64,000 nucleotides of DNA from an uncultured Spirochaetota bacterium. GTDB taxonomy: Bacteria > Spirochaetota > Spirochaetia > SZUA-6 > CAVTHK01. The DNA is taken from positions 288,001 to 352,000 of the forward strand of contig CAVTHK010000011.1 in the NCBI GenBank assembly GCA_963734495.1, given 5' to 3'. Positions 38,009 through 48,724 of the stretch are shown here, one piece after another; within the stretch, counting starts at the first letter, position 1; every line of letters begins with the position of its first letter. A program made the position numbers and the translations under genes. The notes beneath the pieces were generated by a model. That model saw only the letters and a list, made by a program, of their open reading frames with translations, was not told the origin of the DNA and made no database searches.

Positions 38009-38071
38009 ACTGGTTAACCAGTCCCGCGCGGCAACATTATGTTTGACTTCGCGGCCGACCGGGCTGATAAT
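38009..38071. promoter_or_regulatory. Operator palindrome and sigma70 promoter in a divergent region
   Basis: ACTGGTTAACCAGT at 38009-38022; TTGACT-N17-GATAAT at 38043-38071. Confidence 0.8.
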
Positions 38072-38090
38072 CGCTCGTCGGAGGTGGAAG

Positions 38091-39374
38091 ATGAGGAAAC
38101 TTTCGGTGTGCCTCGCGCTCCTCGCGCTCGGAGCGCTCGTCTTCGCCGGCGGCCAGAACGAGGGGGCCGCGGCCAAGGACTGGACCAAGGAGCCCGTGAC
38201 GCTGCGGATCGAGGCGGCGAGCTGGATCCTGCAGAAGTTCCCCGTGGAGGACGCGGGCAAGAAGTTCATGCAGGACCATCCGAACGTCAAGGTGCAGGTG
38301 ACGGCCATGCAGGACGCGAACCTCGACGCGTACATGCTGAACTGGGCCGCGGGCGACGTGAACGTCGACCTCTGCTTCGGCGGCTCCACGGCGACGGTCG
38401 CGAAGCTCGCCTACAAGGAGCTGCTCGCCCCGTGGAACGGCTTCTACACCGGCGACTTCACCCGCGACAAGTTCCTGACCCACTCGGTAGAGCTGAACAA
38501 GAAGGGCAGCGACTACTATGCCCTCCCGTTCATGGTCGAGGGCATGGCGCTTTCGGCCAACAAGGACATGATGGTCGACGCCGGCCTGAGCCAGGGCGGC
38601 AAGGTGACCTACGCAAAGACCCTGGACGAGCTGTACCTGCAGGCGAAGAAGATGACCAAGGGCACCGGCGCGGTCAAGGACGTCTACGGCTTCTCCTGGA
38701 ACTTCACGAACTTCGGCGATCAGTCGCTGTTCTTCGCGATCAACTGTCTCGGGGGGAAAGCGTACAATTCGGATGGGACTCCGAACCTCGACGCGCCGGA
38801 GATCGCGCAGCTCTTCAAGTTCATCAAGGCCGTCACGGTCGACGGGTACGGCAGCAAGGGGACGATCACCGACACCAACGCCGGGCGCGACGGGCTGTTC
38901 GCCAAGAAAGTGGCCATCATCCTCGAGGCCGCGTCGCGCGCCACCGAGGCGAAGCCGAAGATCGGGGACGCCGCGATCGTGGTCCCCTTCCCCGGCGAGG
39001 TGCAGAACGGCTCCTACATCTACGCTCACAACACCTACATCCCCAAGGCGACCAAGGTGCGCGACGCCGCCTGGGCCTTCATGAGGGAGCAGGCGCTCGG
39101 CAAGGAGTTCGCCAAGTTCGGCGCCGATAAGTTCGGCAAGTTGCCGAGCCTCAAGAGGAACTACGACGGGCTCAGCGTTGACTTTGCCGAGATCCAGCAG
39201 TGGCTCGCCAACCCCAAGGCGATCGGCGACATGCCCTGGGTCGAGGGCGCCAAGTTCAACTCCATGCTCTTCTCGCTGCTGCAGGAGATGGTCACCACGA
39301 ACTTGAGCGCGGACGACGCGGCAAAGCGGCTCAAGACCGAAGGGGCCAAGCTCAACCTCACGATGGTCAAGTAG
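38091..39374 (+). CDS. Sugar ABC solute-binding protein
   Basis: Signal peptide ..FAGGQNEG, HPNVKV, YYALP. Confidence 0.9.
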   Translation: MRKLSVCLALLALGALVFAGGQNEGAAAKDWTKEPVTLRIEAASWILQKFPVEDAGKKFMQDHPNVKVQVTAMQDANLDAYMLNWAAGDVNVDLCFGGSTATVAKLAYKELLAPWNGFYTGDFTRDKFLTHSVELNKKGSDYYALPFMVEGMALSANKDMMVDAGLSQGGKVTYAKTLDELYLQAKKMTKGTGAVKDVYGFSWNFTNFGDQSLFFAINCLGGKAYNSDGTPNLDAPEIAQLFKFIKAVTVDGYGSKGTITDTNAGRDGLFAKKVAIILEAASRATEAKPKIGDAAIVVPFPGEVQNGSYIYAHNTYIPKATKVRDAAWAFMREQALGKEFAKFGADKFGKLPSLKRNYDGLSVDFAEIQQWLANPKAIGDMPWVEGAKFNSMLFSLLQEMVTTNLSADDAAKRLKTEGAKLNLTMVK

Positions 39375-39430
39375 ACACCACGGGCGCCTCCCCGGGCCAG
39401 GGGAGGCGCCTCGTCCTCCGGGAGCCGCAC

Positions 39431-40345
39431 ATGGCGCTGTCGAGACAGCTCAGGAACGACGCCGCAGGGTGGGCCTTCGTGCTTCCGGCGTTCCTCTTCC
39501 TCTTCTTCTTCATGCTCTACCCGCTCGCCCATACCTTCATCCTGAGTTTCCAAAAGCTGAACTTCGTCTACGACAAGGGCCCGGTCTTCGTCGGGCTCGC
39601 GAACTACGCGGCGATCCTGCGCGACAGGAACTTCCTGATCGCCGTCGGGAACACGCTGCGCTTCGCCGCTTTCTACATCCCGACCATGTTCGTGCTCGGC
39701 TTCGCGGTCGGCTACCTCTTCTCCCGGTCGGACATGCTCGTCTCCCGGATCGCGAAGATCGTCCTCTTTCTCCCCATGGTGATCCCGATCTCGATGTCCT
39801 GCTTCATGTTCGTGTTCCTCCTCAACCCGCTGTACGGCCTGGTCAACAGCGTGCTCAAGGACACCCTGGGCCTTGTCTCCTGGGTGAGGGACTGGATGAA
39901 CAATCCCGGGACGGCTCTCTACGTGATCCTCACCGTGACGCTCTGGTACAGCGTCGGGTTCGTCGGGCTCCTCTTCATGGCGGGGATCCAGGCGGTGCCT
40001 CAGAGCCTGATGGAGGCCGCGCTCATCGACGGCGCCACGGCGCGACAGCGCATCGTCCGCGTGCTGCTGCCGAACCTGCGCGAGACCTACCTGATCGTCG
40101 GCATGCTCACCACCATCACCTCGCTCAAGCTCTTCGCGGAGGTAGTGGCCATGACCGGGGGAGGCAGCATCAACCAGGCGGGCGGACCGGGCACCGCGAC
40201 CCTCACCATGTACGTGGCGACGTACAAGGCCGCGTTCGTCAACTACGACATGGGCATCGCCTCGGCCATGGGCTACTCCATGGCGGTCATCATCGTCGGA
40301 TTCTTCGGCTTGAACTTCCTGATCAACCGCGCGGAGAGGGCTTGA
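39431..40345 (+). CDS. Carbohydrate ABC permease
   Basis: FVGLANY, EAALIDGA, GGPG. Confidence 0.92.
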   Translation: MALSRQLRNDAAGWAFVLPAFLFLFFFMLYPLAHTFILSFQKLNFVYDKGPVFVGLANYAAILRDRNFLIAVGNTLRFAAFYIPTMFVLGFAVGYLFSRSDMLVSRIAKIVLFLPMVIPISMSCFMFVFLLNPLYGLVNSVLKDTLGLVSWVRDWMNNPGTALYVILTVTLWYSVGFVGLLFMAGIQAVPQSLMEAALIDGATARQRIVRVLLPNLRETYLIVGMLTTITSLKLFAEVVAMTGGGSINQAGGPGTATLTMYVATYKAAFVNYDMGIASAMGYSMAVIIVGFFGLNFLINRAERA

Positions 40346-40348
40346 GAC

Positions 40349-41191
40349 ATGGTCGGCCGCAGCCGGTTGTCCGTCGCCGTCGTGAGCCTCTTCGTCGCGC
40401 TGGCGATGGCGCTCTTTCTCGTTCCGCTCGTGCAGACGATCTTCACGTCGATCAAGCCGAACATCGAGATCTACCGGACGCCCGTGCGCCTCTGGCCCGA
40501 CGCCCCGACGGGCGCCCACTACCAGCACGTGTTCACGAAGCTTCGCGCCGACTTTCTCCGCTTCTTTCGCAACAGCGTCGTCGTCACGACGGTTTCGGTC
40601 TTCCTCATGCTGTTCCTCGGCTCGCTCGCGGCCTACGGCCTGGCCCGCATCGACTTCCGCGGCAAGGGCTTCGTCATCTTCTTCGCCTCGTTCCTCGTCT
40701 CGATCCCGCTGATCATCACCGTCATCCCGATCTTCATGGTCGAGACCGCGCTGCGCATCAAGAACACGAACCTCGGGCTCATCCTCCCGTACACGGCCGT
40801 CTACATGCCGGTGCCTCTCTTCATCATCTACAGCTCGTTCCTCCGCATCCCGGGCGAGCTCGAGGATGCGGCCAGGATCGACGGCTGCGGCCGCTTCTTC
40901 ATCTACTCGCGCATCTTCCTCCCGATCTCGGTGGGCGGGATGGTGGCCGCCGGCATCGTCGCGTTCCTCAACTGCTGGGGCGAGTTCACGCTGGCGCTGA
41001 TCCTGAACACCAAGCGCAGCGCCACCACGCTCCCGATCGGCATCATGATGGTCAACCAGGAGGAGCAGGCCTGGGCGCTGGGGCCGATGTCGGCGGTCAT
41101 GGTGCTCTCGGTGATCCTCCCGATGACGCTCTACTTCTCCATGCAACGCTACTTCGTGCGCGGCCTGATGGAAGGCTCGCTCAAGGGGTAG
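40349..41191 (+). CDS. Carbohydrate ABC permease
   Basis: EDAARIDGC, WGEF, QRYFVRGLMEGSLKG. Confidence 0.92.
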   Translation: MVGRSRLSVAVVSLFVALAMALFLVPLVQTIFTSIKPNIEIYRTPVRLWPDAPTGAHYQHVFTKLRADFLRFFRNSVVVTTVSVFLMLFLGSLAAYGLARIDFRGKGFVIFFASFLVSIPLIITVIPIFMVETALRIKNTNLGLILPYTAVYMPVPLFIIYSSFLRIPGELEDAARIDGCGRFFIYSRIFLPISVGGMVAAGIVAFLNCWGEFTLALILNTKRSATTLPIGIMMVNQEEQAWALGPMSAVMVLSVILPMTLYFSMQRYFVRGLMEGSLKG

Positions 41192-41195
41192 GGGA

Positions 41196-42253
41196 TTGCC
41201 GCTCTCCCGAGTGCGCATCGCGTTCTACGGCACCGGCCGCTTCGCCTGCTCGACCCACATCCCGAACCTGCTCAAGGCTCCGGGGCGCCGAGATCGTCGC
41301 GCTCTGCGACAGCGCGCCGGCCGCGCTCGAGCAGGCTGCGGCTCTCGTGCCCGGCGCGGCCCGCTACGGCGACGCGGATGCGCTGCTCGCAGCGGGCGGC
41401 TTCGACGCGCTGTACTCCTGCGTGCCGGCGTTCGCGCGCACCGACGTCGAGGCCCGCGCCGCCCGGCCAGGGCGTCGCCCTCTTCAGCGAGAAGCCGCAG
41501 GCCGTGCGGCTGGGCGTAGCGCTGGCCATCGACGCCGCGGTGCGGGACTCCGGGGTCATCGCCACCGTCGGGTTCCGCGAGCGCTACCGGCCCCTGGTGC
41601 GGCGGGCGCGGGAGCTCTTTGCCGGCCGCGCGGCTCACGCACGCCGCAGTTCCTGCAGCACGCGAGGCCGCCGGCGGCCCGCCACAGCTGGTACCGCGAC
41701 GTCGCGCTTTCCGGCGGCCCCGCCCTCAACTGGGGCGGCCACGCGCTCGACCAGATCCGCTTCGTCACGGGCGAGGAGGTCGTCGAAGGCGCAGGCTTTC
41801 TGGGGCGCCGGCGACCTCTCGGGCTTCCCGCCTTCGCAGTCGCTGAGCTTCGTGCTCGAAAGCGGCGCCACCGCGACGCTCACCTTCATGACCAGCACCG
41901 CGATCGCGGATCGCTATCATCGCAACAGCTTCAGCTTCTTTCATCGTGACGGGGTGCTCTCGGTCGACGACTATGACGCCGTGCTCGTCGACGGCGCCGT
42001 TGCCTGCACCGGCGGGGAGTTCGACCCGTGGCTCGAGCAGGATCGGGCCTTCATCGAAGCCGTCCGCCGCGGCGACCCGTCCCTGCTGGCTTCCGATTAC
42101 CACGACGGGATCAGGAGCCTCGCGCCGATCCTGGCCGCGTGGGAGTCCGCGCGCAGCGGCGGGGCGGTCGTCGACGTGGCCGCGTACGCCGAGGAGTGCG
42201 CGGCATCACCGGACGCGGGTGTCCTGCCGCGATCCCAACCGCCTGTGCGTTGA
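41196..42253 (+). CDS. Gfo/Idh/MocA oxidoreductase with several frameshifts
   Basis: Pieces in three frames: IAFYGTG, EIVALCD, FSEKP, VGFRERY, SGGP..WGGHALD, FIEAVR.GD. Confidence 0.75.
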
Positions 42254-42278
42254 CAACTGCCGGGTGCCGTGAAACAAT
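42250..42278 (+). promoter_or_regulatory. Sigma70-type promoter of the family-5 ABC operon
   Basis: TTGACA-N17-AACAAT. Confidence 0.55.
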
Positions 42279-42434
42279 CGTTCGACCTCCGGCGCTCCGT
42301 TCGGAGGATCTCATTGGAACGGGAGGTGCAGACCGGAAACGAGTGAGGCCGCGGCGGCCGGGTCGCATGTCCCGACGCCGTTGGGTCACGATCTGCGAGG
42401 CGGCAAGCCGCCTCGATCGGAGAGAGGTGGAGAG

Positions 42435-44336
42435 ATGAAGTTATTCAATGCCGTTCTGGCGCTCCTTCTCTGTATCGCATGGTCTCTGCCCGCGGAGGGC
42501 GCGAAAGAGGGCGCAACCGCCGAGCCGACCAGAGCCGAGACGATCATTGTCGACATCCTGAGCGGACGCGATCCGAACGCCGGCAACTTCAACATCTGGG
42601 TGGCCGGTTTCCCCTCGGCATCCAAAGGCGTCCAGCAGTTCATGGTGCGGCCGCTGTGGATGACTGAATATGCCAAGGGCGAAGTCCTGAACGTCCTTGC
42701 AAAGGATCCCCCGATCTACAACGCCGACTTCACGCAGATGACCGTGAACCTGCGCGACGGGATCTACTGGAGCGACGGCGTCGAGTTCACGGCCGATGAC
42801 GTGGTCTACACGGTGCAGACCGTGATGAAGAACAAGGGCATGAGCTACAGCTCCGAGCTGAACCTGTACGTCGCCAACGTCACGAGCCCGGGCAAGTACC
42901 AGGTCATCTTCTCGCTCAAGACGCCGAACTCGCGCTTCCACGCCTACTTCCTGGACCGGTGGGGCGCGCTGAGGTTCATGCCCAAGCACGTCTTCGAGAA
43001 GGTCCAGGATCTCATGACGTTCACCAACTATCCCCCGGTGAGCCTGGGTTCGTACGTTCTGGACGACTACGACCCCCAGGGGTTCTGGTTCAAGTGGAAG
43101 AGGAGGGACGACTGGCAGCGGACCGTGGTGGGCAAGCTGTACGGCATGCCCCAGCCCAGGGTCGTGACCTTCTACTACTATGGCCCTCCTGAAAAGAAGG
43201 TCATCGCGCAGAGCCAGCACGAGCTGGACATGACGGACCTCACGCCCGAGGCGCTGCGCGCCGTTCTCGAGAAGAACCCCGCGAGCCGCGGCTACCGCAG
43301 GACTTATCCCTACTTCGTGAACGTCGACCCCGCGATCACGGGGATGCAGTTCAACGACGACAAGATGCCCTTCAAGCTGCGCGACGTCCGGTGGGCCATG
43401 ATCCTCTCCACCGACATCGTCGATGCCGTCATGACGGGGTTCGACGGCATGGGCACCCCGGGCGCCATGCTGCTGCCTCCGACGCCCGCCTACGAGAAGT
43501 GGTACTACAAGCCGATGCTGTCGTGGCTGCAGAACTACACCATCGACGTCGACGGCAAGCCTTTCAAGGCGTTCGACGCGAGCGTGCCTCTGCGCATTGC
43601 GCAGAAGGCCAAGGAGCGCGGCTACACCGTCCCGACCGACGAGGGCCAGATCCGCGAGATCTGGGGCGACGGCTGGTGGAAGTACGCGCCCGATGTAGCC
43701 GCGCGGCTGCTCGAGCGCAACGGCTTCAAGAGGGCCGCGGACGGCAAGTGGCTGCTTCCCGACGGCACACCGTGGAAGTTCACGATCATCACGATACCCA
43801 ACGCGGCGCATCCCCAGAACAGGAACGCCTTCGCGCTTTCCCAGCAGTGGAAGAAGTTCGGCATCGACGTTGACGTCGTGACATCGGACACATATGCCGC
43901 ACAAACTCAGCGCGGCCAGTTCGATGCCTCCACCCAGTGGCCCGCACGCGAGCCCTGGGGCGCGCACCCCGACCTGTTCCGCGGGTTCGAGCAGTGGTAT
44001 TCGGCGTACTACAAGCCGATCGGCGAGATGGCGATCGCGGCGCAGGCGGCTGCTTCCCGCTGGCACGACCCGAGGCTGGACAAGCTCACCGATGAGCTCA
44101 AGGCCACGCCGTGGGGCGACACCGACAAGATCATCAAGATCGGCATCGAGGGCCTCAAGCTCCTTGTCGACGAGATGCCGGGAATGCCGACCATCGCTTA
44201 CCCGGGCATCGTCGGATGGGACGAGACCTACTGGACCAACTACCCCGGGGCGGAGAATGTCTACACCCAGCCCTATCAGCACTGGCCGAACTTCGAGTTC
44301 ATGCTCCCGTACCTGAAGTCCACGGGAAAGAAGTGA
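42435..44336 (+). CDS. Family-5 (Opp/Dpp-like) ABC solute-binding protein, possibly oligosaccharide-binding
   Basis: LRDGIYWSDGVEFTADDV.YT, DVRWA, YWTNYP. Confidence 0.92.
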   Translation: MKLFNAVLALLLCIAWSLPAEGAKEGATAEPTRAETIIVDILSGRDPNAGNFNIWVAGFPSASKGVQQFMVRPLWMTEYAKGEVLNVLAKDPPIYNADFTQMTVNLRDGIYWSDGVEFTADDVVYTVQTVMKNKGMSYSSELNLYVANVTSPGKYQVIFSLKTPNSRFHAYFLDRWGALRFMPKHVFEKVQDLMTFTNYPPVSLGSYVLDDYDPQGFWFKWKRRDDWQRTVVGKLYGMPQPRVVTFYYYGPPEKKVIAQSQHELDMTDLTPEALRAVLEKNPASRGYRRTYPYFVNVDPAITGMQFNDDKMPFKLRDVRWAMILSTDIVDAVMTGFDGMGTPGAMLLPPTPAYEKWYYKPMLSWLQNYTIDVDGKPFKAFDASVPLRIAQKAKERGYTVPTDEGQIREIWGDGWWKYAPDVAARLLERNGFKRAADGKWLLPDGTPWKFTIITIPNAAHPQNRNAFALSQQWKKFGIDVDVVTSDTYAAQTQRGQFDASTQWPAREPWGAHPDLFRGFEQWYSAYYKPIGEMAIAAQAAASRWHDPRLDKLTDELKATPWGDTDKIIKIGIEGLKLLVDEMPGMPTIAYPGIVGWDETYWTNYPGAENVYTQPYQHWPNFEFMLPYLKSTGKK

Positions 44337-44404
44337 GATAGGGCCGATCTCGATCGAACGCCCTCCTCCCGCGAGGGAGGAGGGCTCGCCTGTGGAGACT
44401 CCGG

Positions 44405-45413
44405 GTGACCTTTCTCAAGCGATACCTGTCTGCCGCGCCTGTTCCAGTATCTCGTCGTCGTGTTCGTGGGCACGACGATCGTGTTTATCTCCACGCGCCT
44501 CGCGCCCGCGGACCCGGTCCAGCAGACCATCGAGAAGATCTCGGCGCAGGGCGGATACATGGATCCGAGGGTGGTGGAGGACTTCGCGAAGACGCTCCGC
44601 GAGCTCTACGGCTTGGAGGGAAACGTCCTCCAGCAGTACGGCGCGCTCTGGAGGCGCCTCGCCACCGGCGACTTCGGGCGGTCCTTCACCTACTTCCCCA
44701 CGCCCGTCATCCAGCTCATCCGGACGTCGCTTCCGTGGACGCTGGGCTTGCTGAGCCTCTCCTCCATCATGGCGTGGCTCATCGGCACCATGCTTGGTGG
44801 GATCGCGGGCTATGCCGGCCGGGAGAAGTGGGCCAAGTGGCTCGAGGGCGCGGTGATGGTGATACGCCCCATTCCCTACTACATCGTCGCCCTGATCGCG
44901 CTGATCCTCTTTGCCTACTTCCTGCCCATCTTCCCGATCTCGGGCGGGGTCGCGATGGGCAAGAAGACGACGCTCACCCTGAGCTTCGTCCTGAGTGTCG
45001 CGCGGCACGCGCTCCTGCCCGCCGCCTCATTGGTGGTCGGGGGCATCGGGGGCTGGTTCATCCAGATGAAGTCGCTCGCCTCGAACATCGTCGCGGAGGA
45101 CTACGTGACGTTCGCCCGCGCGGGCGGGCTGCCCAAGGGCAGGCTGATCTTCCAGTACACCATCCGCAACGCCATGCTGCCCCAGATCACGGGGCTCGCC
45201 CTCGCCCTCGGCCAGCTCCTCAGCGGCGCGCTGGTCGTGGAGTACGTCTTTTCGTACCCGGGCGTGGGCGTCCTGCTGTACCAGGCGATCACGCAGGGCG
45301 ACTACAACCTCACGATGGGGATCACGATGCTGTCCATCCTGGTCATCGCGACGGGAGTGCTCATCATAGACCTGGTCTACCCGCTCTTCGACCCGCGGGT
45401 CCGGTACCGGTAG
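44405..45413 (+). CDS. Opp/Dpp ABC permease B, frameshift near 44430
   Basis: GDFGRS, EDYVTFARA.GL, RNAMLP, FSYPGVG, DPRVRY. Confidence 0.9.
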
Positions 45414-45420
45414 GCGCGAG

Positions 45421-46293
45421 GTGAGAGCGATGTTCAGGGTGATCCGGGACCTGTTCCGCCATGACGCCAGGTTCGCCTTTGGATTCTGCGTGATCGTGGT
45501 GATCGTCTTTCTCGCGGTCCTGTACTCCTTCTGCCCCTACGACCTCACCATATGGAACTCCGTCCCCAGGGACCAGAGGCCTTCGATGAAGTACCTGCTC
45601 GGCACGACCTCCCAGGGGCAGGATGTCTTCTGGTACGCGACGGCCGCGGTGCGCAACTCGCTGTTCATAGGAGTCGTCGCGGCGCTGCTGTCGCGGGTCA
45701 TCGCGGTGCTGGTCGCCCTGATCGCGGGCTACCTGGGCGGCCGCTCCGACCGGGTCCTCATGTCGATCAACGACAGCTTCGTGGTCCTGCCCCTGCTCCC
45801 GGTCCTCGTGCTCGTAGCGTCGATGCTCCGGGGGAAGATGGGGATCTTCGGGCTCGGGGTGGTCCTGGCGATCTTCGGCTGGGCCTGGGACGCGCGGCTC
45901 ATCAGGGCGCAGATCCTGTCCCTGCGGGAGCGCGAGTTCACGAAGACCGCGATCCTCTCCGGCATGCGGCCGCTGCGCCTGGTGCTGGGCGAGCACCTTC
46001 CCTTTGTCATTCCTCTCATCATGGCCACCGCAATCAACAACATGATCTTCGTGATCGGGACCGAGATCGTGCTGGCGGTCTTCGGGCTCTCGAGCCTCGA
46101 GACGCCGACGCTGGGGACCATGATCTACTGGGCGGTCAATTACCAGTCGATGCTCCTGGGGTTCTGGTGGTGGATCCTCACGCCCGTCGTCCTCTGCATC
46201 CTGCTGATCCTCTCCCTCTACATGCTGTCGGTGAGCATCAGCGACTTCCTGGATCCGAGGACGAGGCTGCAGATCATCAAGGCCAGGGGGTGA
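45421..46293 (+). CDS. Opp/Dpp ABC permease C
   Basis: LLGTTSQGQDV, ARLIRAQILSLREREF, DPR. Confidence 0.92.
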   Translation: MRAMFRVIRDLFRHDARFAFGFCVIVVIVFLAVLYSFCPYDLTIWNSVPRDQRPSMKYLLGTTSQGQDVFWYATAAVRNSLFIGVVAALLSRVIAVLVALIAGYLGGRSDRVLMSINDSFVVLPLLPVLVLVASMLRGKMGIFGLGVVLAIFGWAWDARLIRAQILSLREREFTKTAILSGMRPLRLVLGEHLPFVIPLIMATAINNMIFVIGTEIVLAVFGLSSLETPTLGTMIYWAVNYQSMLLGFWWWILTPVVLCILLILSLYMLSVSISDFLDPRTRLQIIKARG

Positions 46294-47306
46294 CGCCCGT
46301 GCCGCTGATGCGGGTCGAGGATCTGAAGGCCTACTACCTCGTGGACGTCTACGGCGTGAGGCGCGAGGTCAAGGCCGTCGACGGCGTGTCCTTCGAGGTC
46401 GAAGAGAACAGTATCTACGGCATCGCGGGCGAGTCAGGCTGCGGCAAGACGTCGCTGATCAAGGTCCTGTCCGCGACCTCCGTTCCCCCGCTCGCCGTGC
46501 GGGGAGGCCGGGTCATCTACGACCTGGGCGACGGGAACGGATCCGTGGACCTTCTCCGCCTCGACGAGCGGGGCCTCAAAGATCTGCGCTGGGAGTTCAT
46601 GTCCTACATGCCGCAGGGGTCCATGAACGTGCTCAACCCCGTACGGCGCCTGCGCAACACGTTCGGGGACTTCGTGCGGGCGCACAAGGCCGAGACGACG
46701 CCGGACTTTCTCGCCGAGGTCACGGCGCACCTCGGCCACCTGGGCCTGCCGCCCGAGGTCCTCGCCTCCTACCCGCACCAGCTCTCCGGCGGCATGCGGC
46801 AGAGGACCACCCTTGCGCTCGCCACGATCCTCAAGCCCCGGCTGATCCTCGCAGACGAGCCGACGACCGCCCTCGACGTCGTGGTGCAGCGGGGCGTGAT
46901 TCAGCTCCTCAGAAGGATCCACGCGGAGCAGAAGAACACCATCGTCCTCGTCACCCACGACATGGCGGTGCACGCGAACCTGACCGACCGGCTGGCCATC
47001 ATGTACGCGGGGAAGATCGTGGAGGAGGCGCCGACCGCGGAGCTCTTCGGCTCGCCGCAGCACCCCTACACGAAGTTCCTCATCGGGTCGCTGCCGCGCA
47101 TCGGCGACAAGGCGCTCAAGGTGAGCGCGCCGGGCGCGCCGCCGTCGCTCTCGAGCCTGCCCGAGGGGTGCCGGTTCCACCCGCGGTGCCCGCACGCGAT
47201 GGACGTATGCAGGCGCGAGGAGCCCCGGCTCGTCGACGTGGCTCCCGGTCACCGGGCCGCGTGCTTCCTGCACGGCGGAAGAGCGGGTGAGGTGCAGCGT
47301 GGATAG
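46290..47306 (+). CDS. Opp/Dpp ABC ATP-binding protein D
   Basis: GESGCGKT, YPHQLSGGMRQR, DEPTTALD, GCRFHPRC. Confidence 0.95.
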   Translation: MTPVPLMRVEDLKAYYLVDVYGVRREVKAVDGVSFEVEENSIYGIAGESGCGKTSLIKVLSATSVPPLAVRGGRVIYDLGDGNGSVDLLRLDERGLKDLRWEFMSYMPQGSMNVLNPVRRLRNTFGDFVRAHKAETTPDFLAEVTAHLGHLGLPPEVLASYPHQLSGGMRQRTTLALATILKPRLILADEPTTALDVVVQRGVIQLLRRIHAEQKNTIVLVTHDMAVHANLTDRLAIMYAGKIVEEAPTAELFGSPQHPYTKFLIGSLPRIGDKALKVSAPGAPPSLSSLPEGCRFHPRCPHAMDVCRREEPRLVDVAPGHRAACFLHGGRAGEVQRG

Positions 47307-48294
47307 CGGCGGCGCGAAGCTCCTGTCGGTCGAGCACCTCAACAAGAGGTTCATCCTCGGGGGAGGCCTGTCGAAGATCAAGCTCCTCGCGGTGAGCAAC
47401 GCCTCCTTCGAGATGGGATCGGCGGGGCCGGAGATCTTTACGCTGGCCGGAGAGAGCGGCAGCGGAAAGACCACCGTGGCGCGCATGATCCTCGGCTTTG
47501 TCGAGCCTACCTCGGGCCGGATCCTCTACAAGGGCAAGGACGTCACCAGGACCCACGGAAGGGGAAGGCGCCTCGAGCTCATGAAGGACGTGCAGGGCAT
47601 CTTCCAGGATCCCTTTGACACCTTCAACCCGCTCAAGCGGATCGACACCTATCTCCGCGAAACGGCCCGCAACTACGGGATCGCTTCGGGCGGCAAGGAG
47701 ATCGAGCGCGTGGTCGGGGAGGCCCTTGCCGCCGTCGGGGTGTCGCTGCAGGAGATCAAGGGGCGCTACCCGCACGAGCTCTCGGGCGGCCAGGCGCAGC
47801 GGACCTCCGTGGCCCGCGCCCTGATCACGCACCCGTCGCTCCTCGTGGCGGACGAGCCGGTGTCGATGGTCGACGCCTCCCTGCGGATGTCGATCGTCAA
47901 CCTGTTCCGCAAGTTCAGGGACGAGCGGGGCATCAGCGTCCTCTACATCACGCACGACCTGGCCACCGCCTACTACGTGAGCGACCGGATCGCGATCATG
48001 CTGCGGGGCGTGGTCATAGAGATCGGCAGCGTGGAGAAGGTGCTGCGCGAGCCGCTGCACCCCTACACCCAGCTGCTCAAGGAGTCGGTTCCGGAGCCCG
48101 ACCCCGACGTCAAGTGGACCGACGAAATCTCTCTCGGCGCCCTCGAGATCAAGGAGTACGCCCAGGCCGGGTGCAAGTTCGCCGGCCGCTGCCCGCGCGA
48201 GATGCCGATCTGCAGGACCGTGGAGCCGCCGGAGGTCGAAATCGACGGCCGCCGGGTAAAGTGCCACCTGTACAAGCAGGGGACGACGGTATGA
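47299..48294 (+). CDS. Opp/Dpp ABC ATP-binding protein F
   Basis: GESGSGKT, YPHELSGGQAQR, HPYT, GCKFAGRC. Confidence 0.95.
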   Translation: MDSGGAKLLSVEHLNKRFILGGGLSKIKLLAVSNASFEMGSAGPEIFTLAGESGSGKTTVARMILGFVEPTSGRILYKGKDVTRTHGRGRRLELMKDVQGIFQDPFDTFNPLKRIDTYLRETARNYGIASGGKEIERVVGEALAAVGVSLQEIKGRYPHELSGGQAQRTSVARALITHPSLLVADEPVSMVDASLRMSIVNLFRKFRDERGISVLYITHDLATAYYVSDRIAIMLRGVVIEIGSVEKVLREPLHPYTQLLKESVPEPDPDVKWTDEISLGALEIKEYAQAGCKFAGRCPREMPICRTVEPPEVEIDGRRVKCHLYKQGTTV

Positions 48295-48333
48295 GCCCGG
48301 GCGGCCGGCCCGAGCCCCTTCAACTTTGATTCC

Positions 48334-48645
48334 TCAGAAGATCGTTTCGCCCACCCGGGCGACGACGCTCTCGCGCAGGCCTTTGACGCGCGCGGCAAAG
48401 GGCGCCATGTGCGGCGCCTTGCCGTGCGCCTGCAGCGCCGCGAGCGAGTTCCACCGCTCGACGAGCGTGATGCGGTCGGGATCGACGGGCTCCTGGATGC
48501 CGAGCGGGCTCGCCACCTCGCGGGTGTGCTCGTAGCCGAGGCAGCCCTCCTCCCGCAGCACGTGCGGCCGGACCTCCCGGCAGGCGTCGAGGAACTCGTT
48601 CATCTTCCCCTTCGCGATCTTCATGGTGACGACGACATAGACCAC
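48334..48645 (-). CDS. ABM-domain protein (YgiN-like putative quinol monooxygenase)
   Basis: E.GCL.Y, ERW.S..AL.AH..APHM; GGAGAGTGAGG RBS. Confidence 0.85.
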   Translation of the reverse strand: MVYVVVTMKIAKGKMNEFLDACREVRPHVLREEGCLGYEHTREVASPLGIQEPVDPDRITLVERWNSLAALQAHGKAPHMAPFAARVKGLRESVVARVGETIF

Positions 48646-48724
48646 GGGCTCACCTCACTCTCCGTCTTGCCTGCTTGCTGTCGCGGGGCATTCTAAGCCG
48701 CGGCCCCAGGCGCGGCAAGCGGAG

